From a virus, in IMG/VR virus record IMGVR_UViG_3300045988_184159, positions 1 to 32,000 of that record: 32,000 bases of DNA; one strand, written 5' to 3'. Below the pieces are notes generated by a model. It was given only the letters and a program-made list of their open reading frames with translations, made no database searches and was not told the origin of the DNA. Each line of letters begins with the position of its first letter. Position 1 is the stretch's first letter. Shown here piece after piece: positions 1 through 9,617 of the stretch. Position numbers and translations under genes: made by a program.

Positions 1-13
1 TATTTACTTCATT

Positions 14-50
14 GAGCCACTACCCATGCTGGGGGTAGTGGCTCTTTTTT
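14..50 (+). terminator. Intrinsic terminator hairpin GAGCCACTACCC/GGGTAGTGGCTC + T-run
   Basis: Near-perfect inverted repeat followed by TTTTTT; near-identical copy at 686-722. Confidence 0.85.
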
Positions 51-173
51 GTTGCATAAAATTGCGAATGGCATACCATGGATAGTAGATTCTAAAATAA
101 AAGGTGGCTGCTATTTGTAAGATTGGGCCAGCCAGAAACTTCATTGAGCACATCATATAAGGAGAACAATTTT

Positions 174-611
174 ATGGTCACTGTTTTTGTTGTATTAGTA
201 ATCGCTCTATGGAAATTTTTAACATACCCATTTGAGCCTCTTGCTCGTTTTGTTTGCAGGAAAGAAAAAGATGAAGAGAAGCGAGACAAAAAGGAATTCG
301 TGTGTTTGCTAATTTGTTTGATTGTCGGATATGCCATCTTGAAGTCTCCTGATATGGTATATACATATGTAATGAAACATCATGAGTCATCTGAATTCTG
401 GATGGGTCTCTATAAGAACTATAATCTTATTGTTCATCTTTTGATGTTGGCTTATGGATTCAGATGGGTTTGGGGTGCAATTCGCGTTTTGAAGGGCAAT
501 CCGGATGCTCTCACAGATGAAGAATCTCAACGGTTGTATAAAGCAAGTAGAATAAACGCTGAAAAAGACGAAGCCTATTGGAATGGCTATTGGGATGGTT
601 TCATAGGCTGA
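174..611 (+). CDS. Small putative membrane protein
   Basis: ORF with AAGGAG RBS upstream of ATG at 174; hydrophobic N-terminal segment MVTVFVVLVIALWKFL and a second segment. Confidence 0.7.
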   Translation: MVTVFVVLVIALWKFLTYPFEPLARFVCRKEKDEEKRDKKEFVCLLICLIVGYAILKSPDMVYTYVMKHHESSEFWMGLYKNYNLIVHLLMLAYGFRWVWGAIRVLKGNPDALTDEESQRLYKASRINAEKDEAYWNGYWDGFIG

Positions 612-685
612 TGCCATAAAAGAAGCGGGAAGCCAGCCATTTTGGACATGAAAGGATTTACGCTGCGATTAGCATCAAACCATTT

Positions 686-722
686 GAGCCGCTACCCATG
701 CTGGGGGTAGTGGCTCTTTTTT
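686..722 (+). terminator. Intrinsic terminator, second copy of the 14-50 hairpin
   Basis: GAGCCGCTACCCATGCTGGGGGTAGTGGCTCTTTTTT. Confidence 0.85.
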
Positions 723-901
723 GTTGTTCAAAAACCAGTTGCCAATGTGTGCGAACTGACTAAAATTGTAGATGTACGATAGATAACATCTACTATGGCA
801 CTACCTGTGCTCGTACATTTTTCATAATTTCGCTTAAAAGGCGGACTTCCTGTTTTTAGGGAGCCCGCCTTTTTTGTATGAACCAAAAGGAGCGTAATGT
901 A

Positions 902-1642
902 ATGTTCAAAATTCACGATGACAAAGTCTACTTCGTTGCCGAAACCCCTGACATCAACAAAGTTATCGAAATCTTCCTACCTAAGGATGACCGTGGCACC
1001 ATTATGGATTCACACGAAATCCGTGTGGACCTGTGCCGTGCCGTCATTCACATGGAGAAGAAGGGTGTCCGTGTCTTGAAGGTCCGCAACATTGAGGATA
1101 CCAACAAGGCAAGCATCGACATCTGGCACATGCCGGAGTATCAGGAGGCTGCAGAGTCTCCCGTAAGCGATGTGGTCAATGCCTGCATCGAGTCCTGCTT
1201 TGATTCCGGTGCAATGTTCAATCTGCCATGCAAAGTCAACCGCAAAACCCATGAAGTTTTTGCTGTCGAATGCTGCGCAAGCCCCGATGATGATGACTCG
1301 TTCAGCCATGCAGATGTTGAAATTGACGGGCAGTCTTACCCGCTCAATTTTGTCTCTGACATCATGGACGAAAACGATGTCGACGACGCATTGGATGAGT
1401 TCTACCGAATCCAGCAGACCGGCGAATATTGGGAAGCGCACGACGGCAAATCGCTCACGGACGCTATCCATGAATGCCGCTGGGCTATCCTGAAGGATGC
1501 CATCCAGAAGCGCGGACATGAGGCTGTTGCTGATTTTGTCGGGACCGACATTTCCAGCGATACTTACGACCGCGTGATGGATGAAACCGAAGCCCAGATG
1601 CCGGACGAAGAGTTCGAGCGCTTCTGGGAAAAGTACATCTGA
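902..1642 (+). CDS. Hypothetical protein
   Basis: Long ORF, AAAGGAG RBS before ATG 902. Confidence 0.8.
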   Translation: MFKIHDDKVYFVAETPDINKVIEIFLPKDDRGTIMDSHEIRVDLCRAVIHMEKKGVRVLKVRNIEDTNKASIDIWHMPEYQEAAESPVSDVVNACIESCFDSGAMFNLPCKVNRKTHEVFAVECCASPDDDDSFSHADVEIDGQSYPLNFVSDIMDENDVDDALDEFYRIQQTGEYWEAHDGKSLTDAIHECRWAILKDAIQKRGHEAVADFVGTDISSDTYDRVMDETEAQMPDEEFERFWEKYI

Positions 1643-1680
1643 CAAAAACATCTCATACAACAGAAAGGAAGTATACCGCT

Positions 1681-2007
1681 ATGGCTATCAACAATGTTAA
1701 CGAATTTCTCCGCAAGACCTTTTCCGAAACCATCTTTGGCACCCCTGCGCTCCGGCCGATTGCAGTCTGTGCAGACGGCTTCAGCCTGTCGATTCAGGCA
1801 AGCAGTATGCACTACTGCAGACCGAGTAAGGACCTGCAGGACGGCGATTACTCCAAGGTCGAACTCGGCAATCTGTCTGAGACGGTCGAGGAGTTTCTGC
1901 CGTATGCCGAGAATGAAGCCCGTCCGCTGCTTACCGTCTATGGGTATGTCCCCGTTGAGACTGTGAATGCAGTGCTTGCCAAGCACGGCGGTATCGTCAA
2001 CGCGTGA
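1681..2007 (+). CDS. Hypothetical protein
   Basis: ORF with GAAAGGAAG upstream. Confidence 0.75.
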   Translation: MAINNVNEFLRKTFSETIFGTPALRPIAVCADGFSLSIQASSMHYCRPSKDLQDGDYSKVELGNLSETVEEFLPYAENEARPLLTVYGYVPVETVNAVLAKHGGIVNA

Positions 2008-2023
2008 GGGGAGGAAACTTACG

Positions 2024-2350
2024 ATGGAAGTATTCACTATCGTCGCCAATGAGGTCATTGGCTTATCCGCAACGGAATGCACACTGATTCAGTTTAGCTA
2101 CAATCCGGAGCAAATCCGTGACCCGGAAAGCGTCCTGCGCAGTGCTGTCAAGGACTATCTCAAGACGGATGAAGGCAAACGACAGCTGGAAATCAACTGT
2201 GGTTGCTGGAACTGGGGCGATGTCGATGACATTCCCGGCTCGTTCTTCTTGAACTATGGTCTGGCTAAAATCGCTCCGCCGGATGTGAATGCTGTCGTTG
2301 ACCACAACGAGAGTTTTACGGATGACTACGACGATTGCGAGGAAGAATAA
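2024..2350 (+). CDS. Hypothetical protein
   Basis: ORF with GGGGAGG RBS; internal ATG start chosen. Confidence 0.7.
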   Translation: MEVFTIVANEVIGLSATECTLIQFSYNPEQIRDPESVLRSAVKDYLKTDEGKRQLEINCGCWNWGDVDDIPGSFFLNYGLAKIAPPDVNAVVDHNESFTDDYDDCEEE

Positions 2351-2368
2351 CAGAAAGGGCATGAAAAA

Positions 2369-3109
2369 ATGCGTATTTATGCCGCAAACAGCGTATTCAT
2401 AGAAGTTACGCGCCGGTGCAATATGTGCTGTGCGCACTGCCTGCGCGGAGATGCTGAAAGCATCGATATTCAGGAGAAGTACATCGATGCTTTTCTCGAC
2501 AGCTTTGAGAAGGGAGCTTATATCAGCTCTCTTACCTTTACCGGTGGGGAAATCTCTCTGAATATACCGGCAATTCGATACACCTTGAAAGCTGTCAAAG
2601 AGCGTGGTATCGCCGTTGGAAGTTTTTACATGGTCACTAACGGAAAAGCCGTCGATAAGATGGCTGACCTTGCTATGGCGAGTCTGGAGTGGTGGACCTA
2701 CTGCGATGAAAAAGATGACGATATGTGCAGTCTTTGCATCAGCAGTGATAACTTCCACGAAGCAATCCCATATGAAAGTAAAAGTATCCTTAGTGGCTTG
2801 AAATATAACCGTGACGATAAGGTAACGGACTTTCATCGGGCTTATTTACTGAACGAAGGACGTGCTAAGAATCTCGATTCGAATGTCTATAAGAAACGTG
2901 AACCTTATGTAGACAAGCTCGAATACGAATTCAACAAAACCGGCGATATCGACTTTTACAGCGGTGAGCTGTACTTGAACGCCATCGGTGATATCGTTTC
3001 CGGCTGCGATTGGTCCTACAAGTCGCAGAAGAAATATCGTTTTGGCAATGTAATGAACAAAAACTGGCTGGAGAACATTACCAACAGTGAGTTGTGCATT
3101 GCAAGCTAA
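2369..3109 (+). CDS. Radical SAM domain protein
   Basis: Near N-terminal CxxxCxxC motif in EVTRRCNMCCAHCLRG, followed by LTFTGGEISL (GGE motif). Confidence 0.85.
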   Translation: MRIYAANSVFIEVTRRCNMCCAHCLRGDAESIDIQEKYIDAFLDSFEKGAYISSLTFTGGEISLNIPAIRYTLKAVKERGIAVGSFYMVTNGKAVDKMADLAMASLEWWTYCDEKDDDMCSLCISSDNFHEAIPYESKSILSGLKYNRDDKVTDFHRAYLLNEGRAKNLDSNVYKKREPYVDKLEYEFNKTGDIDFYSGELYLNAIGDIVSGCDWSYKSQKKYRFGNVMNKNWLENITNSELCIAS

Positions 3110-3128
3110 ACTATATCACTTATACATT

Positions 3129-3165
3129 GCCACCGTTTTCCTACAGAAACGGTGGCTTTTTTAAA
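3129..3165 (+). terminator. Intrinsic terminator
   Basis: GCCACCGTTTTCCTACAGAAACGGTGGCTTTTTT. Confidence 0.8.
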
Positions 3166-3179
3166 AAAGGAGGCCGCAA

Positions 3180-4619
3180 ATGGCTGAAACAAAAGACATG
3201 TTTGAACAAATCAGCGCCATCTTAACCGATAAGAAAGATAAGCCGCTTTCCTATGAGGAACTTGCAGCAATGCTCAAAACTGACCCTGATGCCCTCAAAA
3301 CCTTTGATGAGGTCTATAAGACACAGGTTCTTGAAAGTGGAGAGCTGCATGAAAATATGCTCCAGTGGGATACAGCTACAGTCAAAGCAATTCTCGACAA
3401 GAAGGTCTACTTCCCACCGGAACTCAATTCGCTCATTGACCGCATCGTCACAGAACTGGTGCTTGAAACGCGTCTGTACATCTACAACGCGGAACGCGGC
3501 GGTTATTATGTGACATACTCTGCCAACCGTGACTTTATGACGGAAGTCACAAACGAGGAGCTGAAACGCTACCCAGAAGAACTCCGTCCGCAGCTCACCG
3601 GAAAGTTGATGAAGATTGACATTTCTGAGCCGTCGTACAAGGAACTGCTTCAAAACTACGCAGGCTACAAGAATGCGAAAAACGACAGCACAAAAATGTT
3701 CTGCTACAACATGTTCCGTCAAGGTCTTGACATCCTCGACCTTGATGACTTCACTTATCAGATGCTTGAGATGAACCCCAACTCTATGGGCTTCTGGTTC
3801 CCTCCTCTGGTAGAAGGGTTGTACGGCAACGCATTCTTCAAGGTTCCGGACACGAAAATTCTTCGCGTACCTATCACCATGCTGCAGCTTACCCGCCTTG
3901 GTTTCGAGACGTTGAATCCTGTTACAAAGGAAATCGTGAACCGTTATTGCCAGAAAGTCTTCCATCTTGATGAATACGAAGACTATTTTATCAAAACGGG
4001 CACGTATTCTTCCAAATACGAATTCCGCAACGCTCATATCCATAACCCGAAGGAAATCAATGAGATGGGCGAGTATTTCTTGTTCTTGAATCATCTGACA
4101 TGCTTGATGGCAGGCTCCCTAAACAGTCGTTGCTGCTATGGCGCTAATACTACAAATGAGTGGGTCGTCAGAGAGTATATCAAGGATAAAGAGAACAATC
4201 CTACCATTTACAACGGTTTGCCGCTGCACACTGAATATCGCGTGTTTGTGGATTTTGATACAAAGGAAATCCTTGGCGCAAGTCCTTATTGGCGCAGCGA
4301 TGTTATGAAGAACAAATTCAAAAAAGTCAGCAGCCCACAGGAACGGCATGATTATGTTGTCTACAAGATGCATGAAGACATTCTGAACCAGCGTTACCAC
4401 GAAAGCATTCAAACTATTCTGGCTGAGCTGAAGAAGGTTATTCCTCGCATTGAGTTGACAGGGCAGTGGAGCGTCGATGTAATGCGCAACGGCAATGATT
4501 ACTACATCATTGATATGGCGCTTGCTGAGAACTCTGCTCTGAATGACTGCGTGCCGAGTAACCGTCTTCGTGCTTATCCGCAGCAGTGGCTGCCTGTGGC
4601 TCCGAATACCGAAACCTAA
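3180..4619 (+). CDS. Hypothetical protein, 479 aa
   Basis: Long ORF, AAGGAGG RBS. Confidence 0.85.
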   Translation: MAETKDMFEQISAILTDKKDKPLSYEELAAMLKTDPDALKTFDEVYKTQVLESGELHENMLQWDTATVKAILDKKVYFPPELNSLIDRIVTELVLETRLYIYNAERGGYYVTYSANRDFMTEVTNEELKRYPEELRPQLTGKLMKIDISEPSYKELLQNYAGYKNAKNDSTKMFCYNMFRQGLDILDLDDFTYQMLEMNPNSMGFWFPPLVEGLYGNAFFKVPDTKILRVPITMLQLTRLGFETLNPVTKEIVNRYCQKVFHLDEYEDYFIKTGTYSSKYEFRNAHIHNPKEINEMGEYFLFLNHLTCLMAGSLNSRCCYGANTTNEWVVREYIKDKENNPTIYNGLPLHTEYRVFVDFDTKEILGASPYWRSDVMKNKFKKVSSPQERHDYVVYKMHEDILNQRYHESIQTILAELKKVIPRIELTGQWSVDVMRNGNDYYIIDMALAENSALNDCVPSNRLRAYPQQWLPVAPNTET

Positions 4620-4634
4620 AAAGGGAGAACCATC

Positions 4635-4937
4635 ATGAATACCATTTCACCCGTCTTCATCCATCAGCCGGATAGCTGTCACGGATGGGGCATTGAGTTC
4701 AATAAAGAGCAACCGTTTTGGGAGGCAGATGCCACCGCATTTGTCCGTGCCATGTACGATGAGATGCAGAGCCATGACAAGAGCTTTAGCTGGTTTCATC
4801 AGTGTGGCAGCGGGCAAGAACAGAATGGAAACTACTACGGTTACCAATTTTTCGAGGTTTGTTCTAAGACTGAGGAAAGCGATGCGAAGCGCATGGCTGA
4901 AATCATTGCCGAAAAGATTGGCACGAATGTTGTTTAA
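4635..4937 (+). CDS. Hypothetical protein
   Basis: ORF with AAAGGGAG upstream. Confidence 0.7.
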   Translation: MNTISPVFIHQPDSCHGWGIEFNKEQPFWEADATAFVRAMYDEMQSHDKSFSWFHQCGSGQEQNGNYYGYQFFEVCSKTEESDAKRMAEIIAEKIGTNVV

Positions 4938-4957
4938 TAAAGGAGCGTTAATTCATC

Positions 4958-5512
4958 ATGGATACGCTTTCACCTAAAATCACATTGTTTGGCAAAACGA
5001 TGAACATCAAGGAGTTTCTTACTCTCCTGTACACAGAAGCCAAAACTTCGGGATACGACTCAAATACCGGAAATGTTTGGTGCCTTGCTTATCAACGCAA
5101 TGTGTCCGCGCCGGGAATCCCGATGGACCAGTTGACAGAAGAACAGCGGCTGTATGTGTATGCCACAACGTTCTTGTCTTTTCTTTCTATTGGGAATAAA
5201 AAGAACACTCCTAGAGATTTCATCGTTAAAACGCAGGAATATGAGCGTGAATTTTGGCTGAGCGACAACATCAACAGCCAAAAAGCCATTCTTCCGGACA
5301 AGAATATGTGGCGTGATTTCAAGGATATTTACTTTTACATTTCGACCGACTATGACACAGGCAACGATGGCGTTCCGTTTGCAGACCTTCTGCCGGAAGA
5401 ACGCATCAATGCCGCCGCCTATTATGTGGAGGAACACCTCGAAGACTGGACGACCTTGCTTAGCTTCACTGTTCCTTACGCCCGGTACACGGATGTCCCC
5501 AACGCAAAATAA
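4958..5512 (+). CDS. Hypothetical protein; C-terminus resembles the 5773-6270 product
   Basis: ORF with AAAGGAG upstream; shared FADLxxxxRxxxxAxYxExxxE segment. Confidence 0.75.
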   Translation: MDTLSPKITLFGKTMNIKEFLTLLYTEAKTSGYDSNTGNVWCLAYQRNVSAPGIPMDQLTEEQRLYVYATTFLSFLSIGNKKNTPRDFIVKTQEYEREFWLSDNINSQKAILPDKNMWRDFKDIYFYISTDYDTGNDGVPFADLLPEERINAAAYYVEEHLEDWTTLLSFTVPYARYTDVPNAK

Positions 5513-5524
5513 ATCTCATCTTAC

Positions 5525-5554
5525 TGGAGCCGCCTTCGGGTGGCTCCTTTTTCT
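5525..5554 (+). terminator. Intrinsic terminator
   Basis: GGAGCCGCCTTCGGGTGGCTCCTTTTTCTTTT. Confidence 0.8.
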
Positions 5555-5772
5555 TTTGCCAAAAATTGCGACCGGATGTATAATTGGAAAAAGGCGGAGG
5601 TGCAGTATGAGCATATACGGATAGCGGGGCAGAAATGCCAGAACCAAAACATCAAGAAGATACCAACCACATCTGAGGTGCCAGTTCAGGCACTTGTTGT
5701 CGAGTATACGATGCAACAGATTACGACATGCAGCAATAATTGCATTTTGTTGCGAATTGCGTAAAATATAGG

Positions 5773-6270
5773 ATGCAAATAAAAAGTGAGGTGAAGGAAA
5801 GGTTGTCGCAAATCAGAATTATCGCTCCCTATGGGGACAATTTCAGTGTCAGAGAATTTGTGGAATGGGAGTATAACGGCGGAAAAGAAGATTTTGAGCC
5901 CGATATGCACTGTAAATCATGGAATACATTGCCCATCGACGGAAAGCTTGGTCACATCGCCTGCAGCCTTTTTGGAGACCTCGCTAGTTTTGGCAGTTAT
6001 AGCTGCCGTATTGGTGTCTCAGATGGGCATTCAACCTACTACTTCTTCTTTACTCAAGAAGGAAAGGACGAGGAGATTCTCCTCAGCCTTGCCGCTTTTG
6101 TAAATGTAATCTACACAAGTGCCGAAGAAACATGCAAACAGGGAACAGGGCTTACTTTTGCAGACTTACCTCTTGCGCAGAGACTTGATGTAATTGCAAA
6201 ATATATCGAAAACAACTTTGAAGCATGTGTCGCAATGCTCGCCAATGTTCCTTATATGCAATGGACTTAA
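5773..6270 (+). CDS. Hypothetical protein
   Basis: ORF; ATG at 5773. Confidence 0.65.
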   Translation: MQIKSEVKERLSQIRIIAPYGDNFSVREFVEWEYNGGKEDFEPDMHCKSWNTLPIDGKLGHIACSLFGDLASFGSYSCRIGVSDGHSTYYFFFTQEGKDEEILLSLAAFVNVIYTSAEETCKQGTGLTFADLPLAQRLDVIAKYIENNFEACVAMLANVPYMQWT

Positions 6271-6383
6271 TATTTTTTGCCATTTAGTGTTGCACATTTG
6301 TGCGAATTGAATAGAATTAAGAATGTAAACCAAAAAGTGCATCGGAGCGGTCAAACGCCGCTTTGTGCTATAAATTCCTCCCC

Positions 6384-6424
6384 CAAAAGGAGCAGGTTCG
6401 TAAGGAGCCTGCTCCTTTCTTTTT
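6384..6424 (+). terminator. Intrinsic terminator
   Basis: AAAGGAGCAGGTTCGTAAGGAGCCTGCTCCTTTCTTTTT. Confidence 0.75.
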
Positions 6425-6443
6425 GGCAAAAAAAGGAGAACCC

Positions 6444-6965
6444 ATGAATCGAGAAGATGTTGCAAAACGTAATGCCAGTATCGTGCGGGATATGCGCAAT
6501 GGCATGCGGATTCGTGATGTAATGAAAAAGTATGATGTATCTCGCTACACATGCTACCGCACCATGCAAAGCGTAAATCGAAAAGAGAGACAAGCAAATT
6601 ACAGTGACTGGAAAGCCAAGCGTGATGAAGAAATCGTCAATCGTTATGCCGATGGCGTCCCAGCAGAACAACTTGCTAAAGAGTATGGCGTTCACCGAGC
6701 CACAATATACCATATTCTTTCTGAGCACAACAAAGACTATCTGCGACAACGTGATGCCAAAAGACCGAACGCCACTCAATTGGCTCGTGAAGCACGGCAG
6801 CAAACATTTATCGAAGCTGTAAAAGCTGACCCGAATCGCTCAGTTATGAGCATTTGTGAAGAGTTTGGCTACTGTTCTTCTCACGGCTTTGCTCTTATCC
6901 ATAAAGCCGGAATCTACCGTGGCCGAGGACGCAAAAAAGGAGCGAGCAACCATGACGAGGCTTGA
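6444..6965 (+). CDS. Helix-turn-helix DNA-binding protein with repeated HTH segments (resolvase/transposase-like)
   Basis: Repeated pattern IRDVMKKYDVSRYTCYRTM and AEQLAKEYGVHRATIYHILSEH. Confidence 0.75.
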   Translation: MNREDVAKRNASIVRDMRNGMRIRDVMKKYDVSRYTCYRTMQSVNRKERQANYSDWKAKRDEEIVNRYADGVPAEQLAKEYGVHRATIYHILSEHNKDYLRQRDAKRPNATQLAREARQQTFIEAVKADPNRSVMSICEEFGYCSSHGFALIHKAGIYRGRGRKKGASNHDEA

Positions 6966-7416
6966 GAAAATCCAGCGCCTGAACGCAATTGCAGCAGATT
7001 ATGAGAAAGGCATGTCTCTGCCTGCCCTGGCAGAGAAGTACGGTGTCTGCGTACGGACCTGCTACCGTGCCATTGACAAAGATGCCGTAAAAGAACGTAC
7101 TGTCGCTCTGAACAAAGCGACAAAGCTGGATACCGAAATCTTGAATGATTATATCGCCAATATGTCAGTAACAAACATTGCAGCGAAGAACAAAACCTCC
7201 ACAACTCACTGCTACCGTGTTGCAAAAGAAGCGGGACTGTGCAGCTTGGAGCAGGGTCGGAACCGACGGTCATCCCGCCTTACGGAACGCAACAAGGAAA
7301 TCTATGCCAAGCGGAAAGCCGGTGCCTCAGTCAAAGAATTGGCAAAAGAATATCAGTTAAAGGTCCCGACTGTCTATTGCATTCTTGAACATATGGAATG
7401 GGGTCGAAAACCATGA
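6952..7416 (+). CDS. Second helix-turn-helix protein, paralogous to the upstream gene
   Basis: LPALAEKYGVCVRTCYRAI and VKELAKEYQLKVPTVYCILEHMEWG; overlaps upstream gene end. Confidence 0.75.
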   Translation: MTRLEKIQRLNAIAADYEKGMSLPALAEKYGVCVRTCYRAIDKDAVKERTVALNKATKLDTEILNDYIANMSVTNIAAKNKTSTTHCYRVAKEAGLCSLEQGRNRRSSRLTERNKEIYAKRKAGASVKELAKEYQLKVPTVYCILEHMEWGRKP

Positions 7417-8105
7417 AAATCCGGTTAATTTTGTGCGCCGCGCTGGCTTTTGCACTCACCGCCTGCTATCCCGTTAGCACGCTTCCTGCAGATGTTCCTG
7501 TCGGCTCAGCAAAAAGTATCGTAGAGAAGGAATTGGAAAAATCCCCGGAAGAAGAATTTACGAACTGGCTAGAAGCAGAGCATATCACGCCGTATGCTTT
7601 CGGGGATTGGGGAGAGGCTTCAAATGGTTCCTTCACAGACGGCAAATGGCACGACGTCAAGCTTCGCATCACAAAAGTCACAACGGAAAGTGAAAACGAG
7701 GACTACATCGAAAATGTCATCGCCTACAACAACACCTACGCCACTGTGAAATTTGGCGAAGATGAAACTATCAAGCTGGAAGACGGCATTGATGATGCCG
7801 AGCTTATAGTAGTTGATTACGAAGTAGAGCTTCCCGAAGATTATCCTTGTGACGGAAACGCAGATGTAAACCTGTCTGTTCGTGACCAAAGTGGTCAAAC
7901 GCAAATGATTAAGCTCGTGACAAGTGAAGAACTTGATATGACTCCCGGCACAGTATACGCCAAGCGCGGTATCTTTGCACGCAAGCAGGGCGACACAAAC
8001 TATGTGTTCGAATCCCTCCGCTATCAAAACGACGCCGCTATTGAAGAACTAGATGAAGGGGCATCCGCCAGAGCATTGGAAGACAGCTTTTTCTCCAACA
8101 AATAA
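7413..8105 (+). CDS. Putative lipoprotein
   Basis: Signal peptide MKIRLILCAALAFALTAC with lipobox. Confidence 0.8.
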   Translation: MKIRLILCAALAFALTACYPVSTLPADVPVGSAKSIVEKELEKSPEEEFTNWLEAEHITPYAFGDWGEASNGSFTDGKWHDVKLRITKVTTESENEDYIENVIAYNNTYATVKFGEDETIKLEDGIDDAELIVVDYEVELPEDYPCDGNADVNLSVRDQSGQTQMIKLVTSEELDMTPGTVYAKRGIFARKQGDTNYVFESLRYQNDAAIEELDEGASARALEDSFFSNK

Positions 8106-8129
8106 TACCCATACAAATTCGAATAACAA

Positions 8130-8170
8130 CACCGGACCTGCTGCGAATATTGCGGCAGGTCTTTTATTTT
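8130..8170 (+). terminator. Intrinsic terminator-like hairpin
   Basis: GACCTGCTGCgaatattGCGGCAGGTCTTTTATTTT. Confidence 0.7.
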
Positions 8171-8181
8171 GAGGTAATAGC

Positions 8182-9090
8182 ATGAACGACAAAGACCGTA
8201 CACTTCTTCGCTATGTAGTAGAAGGGGATATTCGTAAAGCCCAGCAGCAGGCAAAAATCATTCTTGAGGGTATCACGACGGCAAAAGACGAGCAATTCAA
8301 GACCCGCTGTCTTTCTCAGCTCTCGGCAAAAGCACCGGAGCTTATCGAACTTCCCTATAACATGCAAGGGTTACTTGTGGCAGAAGATGTCACTAATTTC
8401 CCGGAAAATAGGTATTTGCTCCGTGATTCCGAAAAAGCTGTAATAGAACGCCTACTGAAGACGAGAAAAGCCTCTCTCCGACTTAAAGAACTTGGCATTC
8501 ACTACACCTGTTCCTTGCTTTTGCAGGGCGAACCGGGAACCGGAAAGACCGAACTGGCACGATATATTGCATACAAAGCAGACTTGCCTTTCGTATATCT
8601 TAAATTCTCCGGGCTTATTAGTTCTGCTCTGGGGAAAACGCAGCAAAACATCGGGCATGTATTTGACTATGCTCGGCGTTCTCCTTGTGTGCTCTGCCTT
8701 GACGAGATTGATGCTATCGGCATGAGCCGTGGCGGAAAAGATGATGTTGCAGAGATGAGCCGCGTAACCATTGCTCTGATGCAGGAGCTTGACCGTCTCC
8801 CGAACGATGTCATTCTCATTGGCACGACCAACCGTTCTGACCAGTTGGACGCAGCATTGTTCCGTCGGTTCAGTTTTCTTCATCGCGTACGGAGCCTTGA
8901 CAAGAACGATGCCGCCACTTTAGCAAAGATGTTTCTTGCATCGACGGGATACCACACCACCGAGCACACCGTATGCGATGTACTCGAAACCATCGAGAGC
9001 TTCTATACAGCGAGTAATGTGACGAAAGCTTGCACGGACTATCTCGTCAATCAAATTGTCAATGAAGAGCAGGAGGAGAGCCATGCGTGA
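8182..9090 (+). CDS. AAA+ ATPase (FtsH/spastin-like central domain)
   Basis: Walker A GEPGTGKTEL, Walker B CVLCLDEIDAI, sensor region ILIGTTNRSDQLDAALFRRF. Confidence 0.9.
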   Translation: MNDKDRTLLRYVVEGDIRKAQQQAKIILEGITTAKDEQFKTRCLSQLSAKAPELIELPYNMQGLLVAEDVTNFPENRYLLRDSEKAVIERLLKTRKASLRLKELGIHYTCSLLLQGEPGTGKTELARYIAYKADLPFVYLKFSGLISSALGKTQQNIGHVFDYARRSPCVLCLDEIDAIGMSRGGKDDVAEMSRVTIALMQELDRLPNDVILIGTTNRSDQLDAALFRRFSFLHRVRSLDKNDAATLAKMFLASTGYHTTEHTVCDVLETIESFYTASNVTKACTDYLVNQIVNEEQEESHA

Positions 9091-9613
9091 TTTTGAGCCC
9101 CGTATCCGCATGAAGCGCGGGACTGTAGCAGAGGAGTACCCGGAAGTTGCAGCTATGTGGCATCCTACTGCGAATAGCTTTACCCCTTCAGATATTACCG
9201 CCGGAAGCAATCAGCGTGCAGCACTTATCTGCCCTGTGTGCGGTTATGGCAGCGATGGAGAATGGCGACCAACTGTCGCTTCGACTTGTCGTACCAAGGG
9301 TGGCTGCCCGGTCTGCTCCGGCAAAATCGTAGTTAAGGGTAAGAATGATGTTGCCACCGTACATCCAGAAATTGCGGAGCAGTGGCATCCGACGCTCAAT
9401 AAAATCAGCCCGGATGAAGTCTCTTCCGGCAGCGGGAAACATGTCTTTCTCGTATGCAAAAACTGTGGATACGGCAAGAAAGGGGAGTGGTGTCCCGTCA
9501 TTGCATTTGCCTGCGGCAGCGGTGACAATCATACCGGCTGCCCGGCATGTGCTGCCAAGGCGCAAAGTGAACGTCTCAAAGCCTATCACGAACGGCGCAG
9601 AAAGGGGCGGTGA
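9083..9613 (+). CDS. Tandem zinc-ribbon protein (DUF4379-like)
   Basis: Two repeats of CPVCGYGxxGEWxP...GGCPVCSGK / CKNCGYGxxGEWCP...GCPACAAK with WHPTxN motifs; overlaps stop of the AAA+ gene. Confidence 0.8.
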   Translation: MRDFEPRIRMKRGTVAEEYPEVAAMWHPTANSFTPSDITAGSNQRAALICPVCGYGSDGEWRPTVASTCRTKGGCPVCSGKIVVKGKNDVATVHPEIAEQWHPTLNKISPDEVSSGSGKHVFLVCKNCGYGKKGEWCPVIAFACGSGDNHTGCPACAAKAQSERLKAYHERRRKGR

Positions 9614-9617
9614 TGTT

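Noticed and set aside
8182-9090. Calling the AAA+ gene ftsH
   Set aside because: Only the ATPase region is present; there is no transmembrane segment and no zinc protease HExxH motif.
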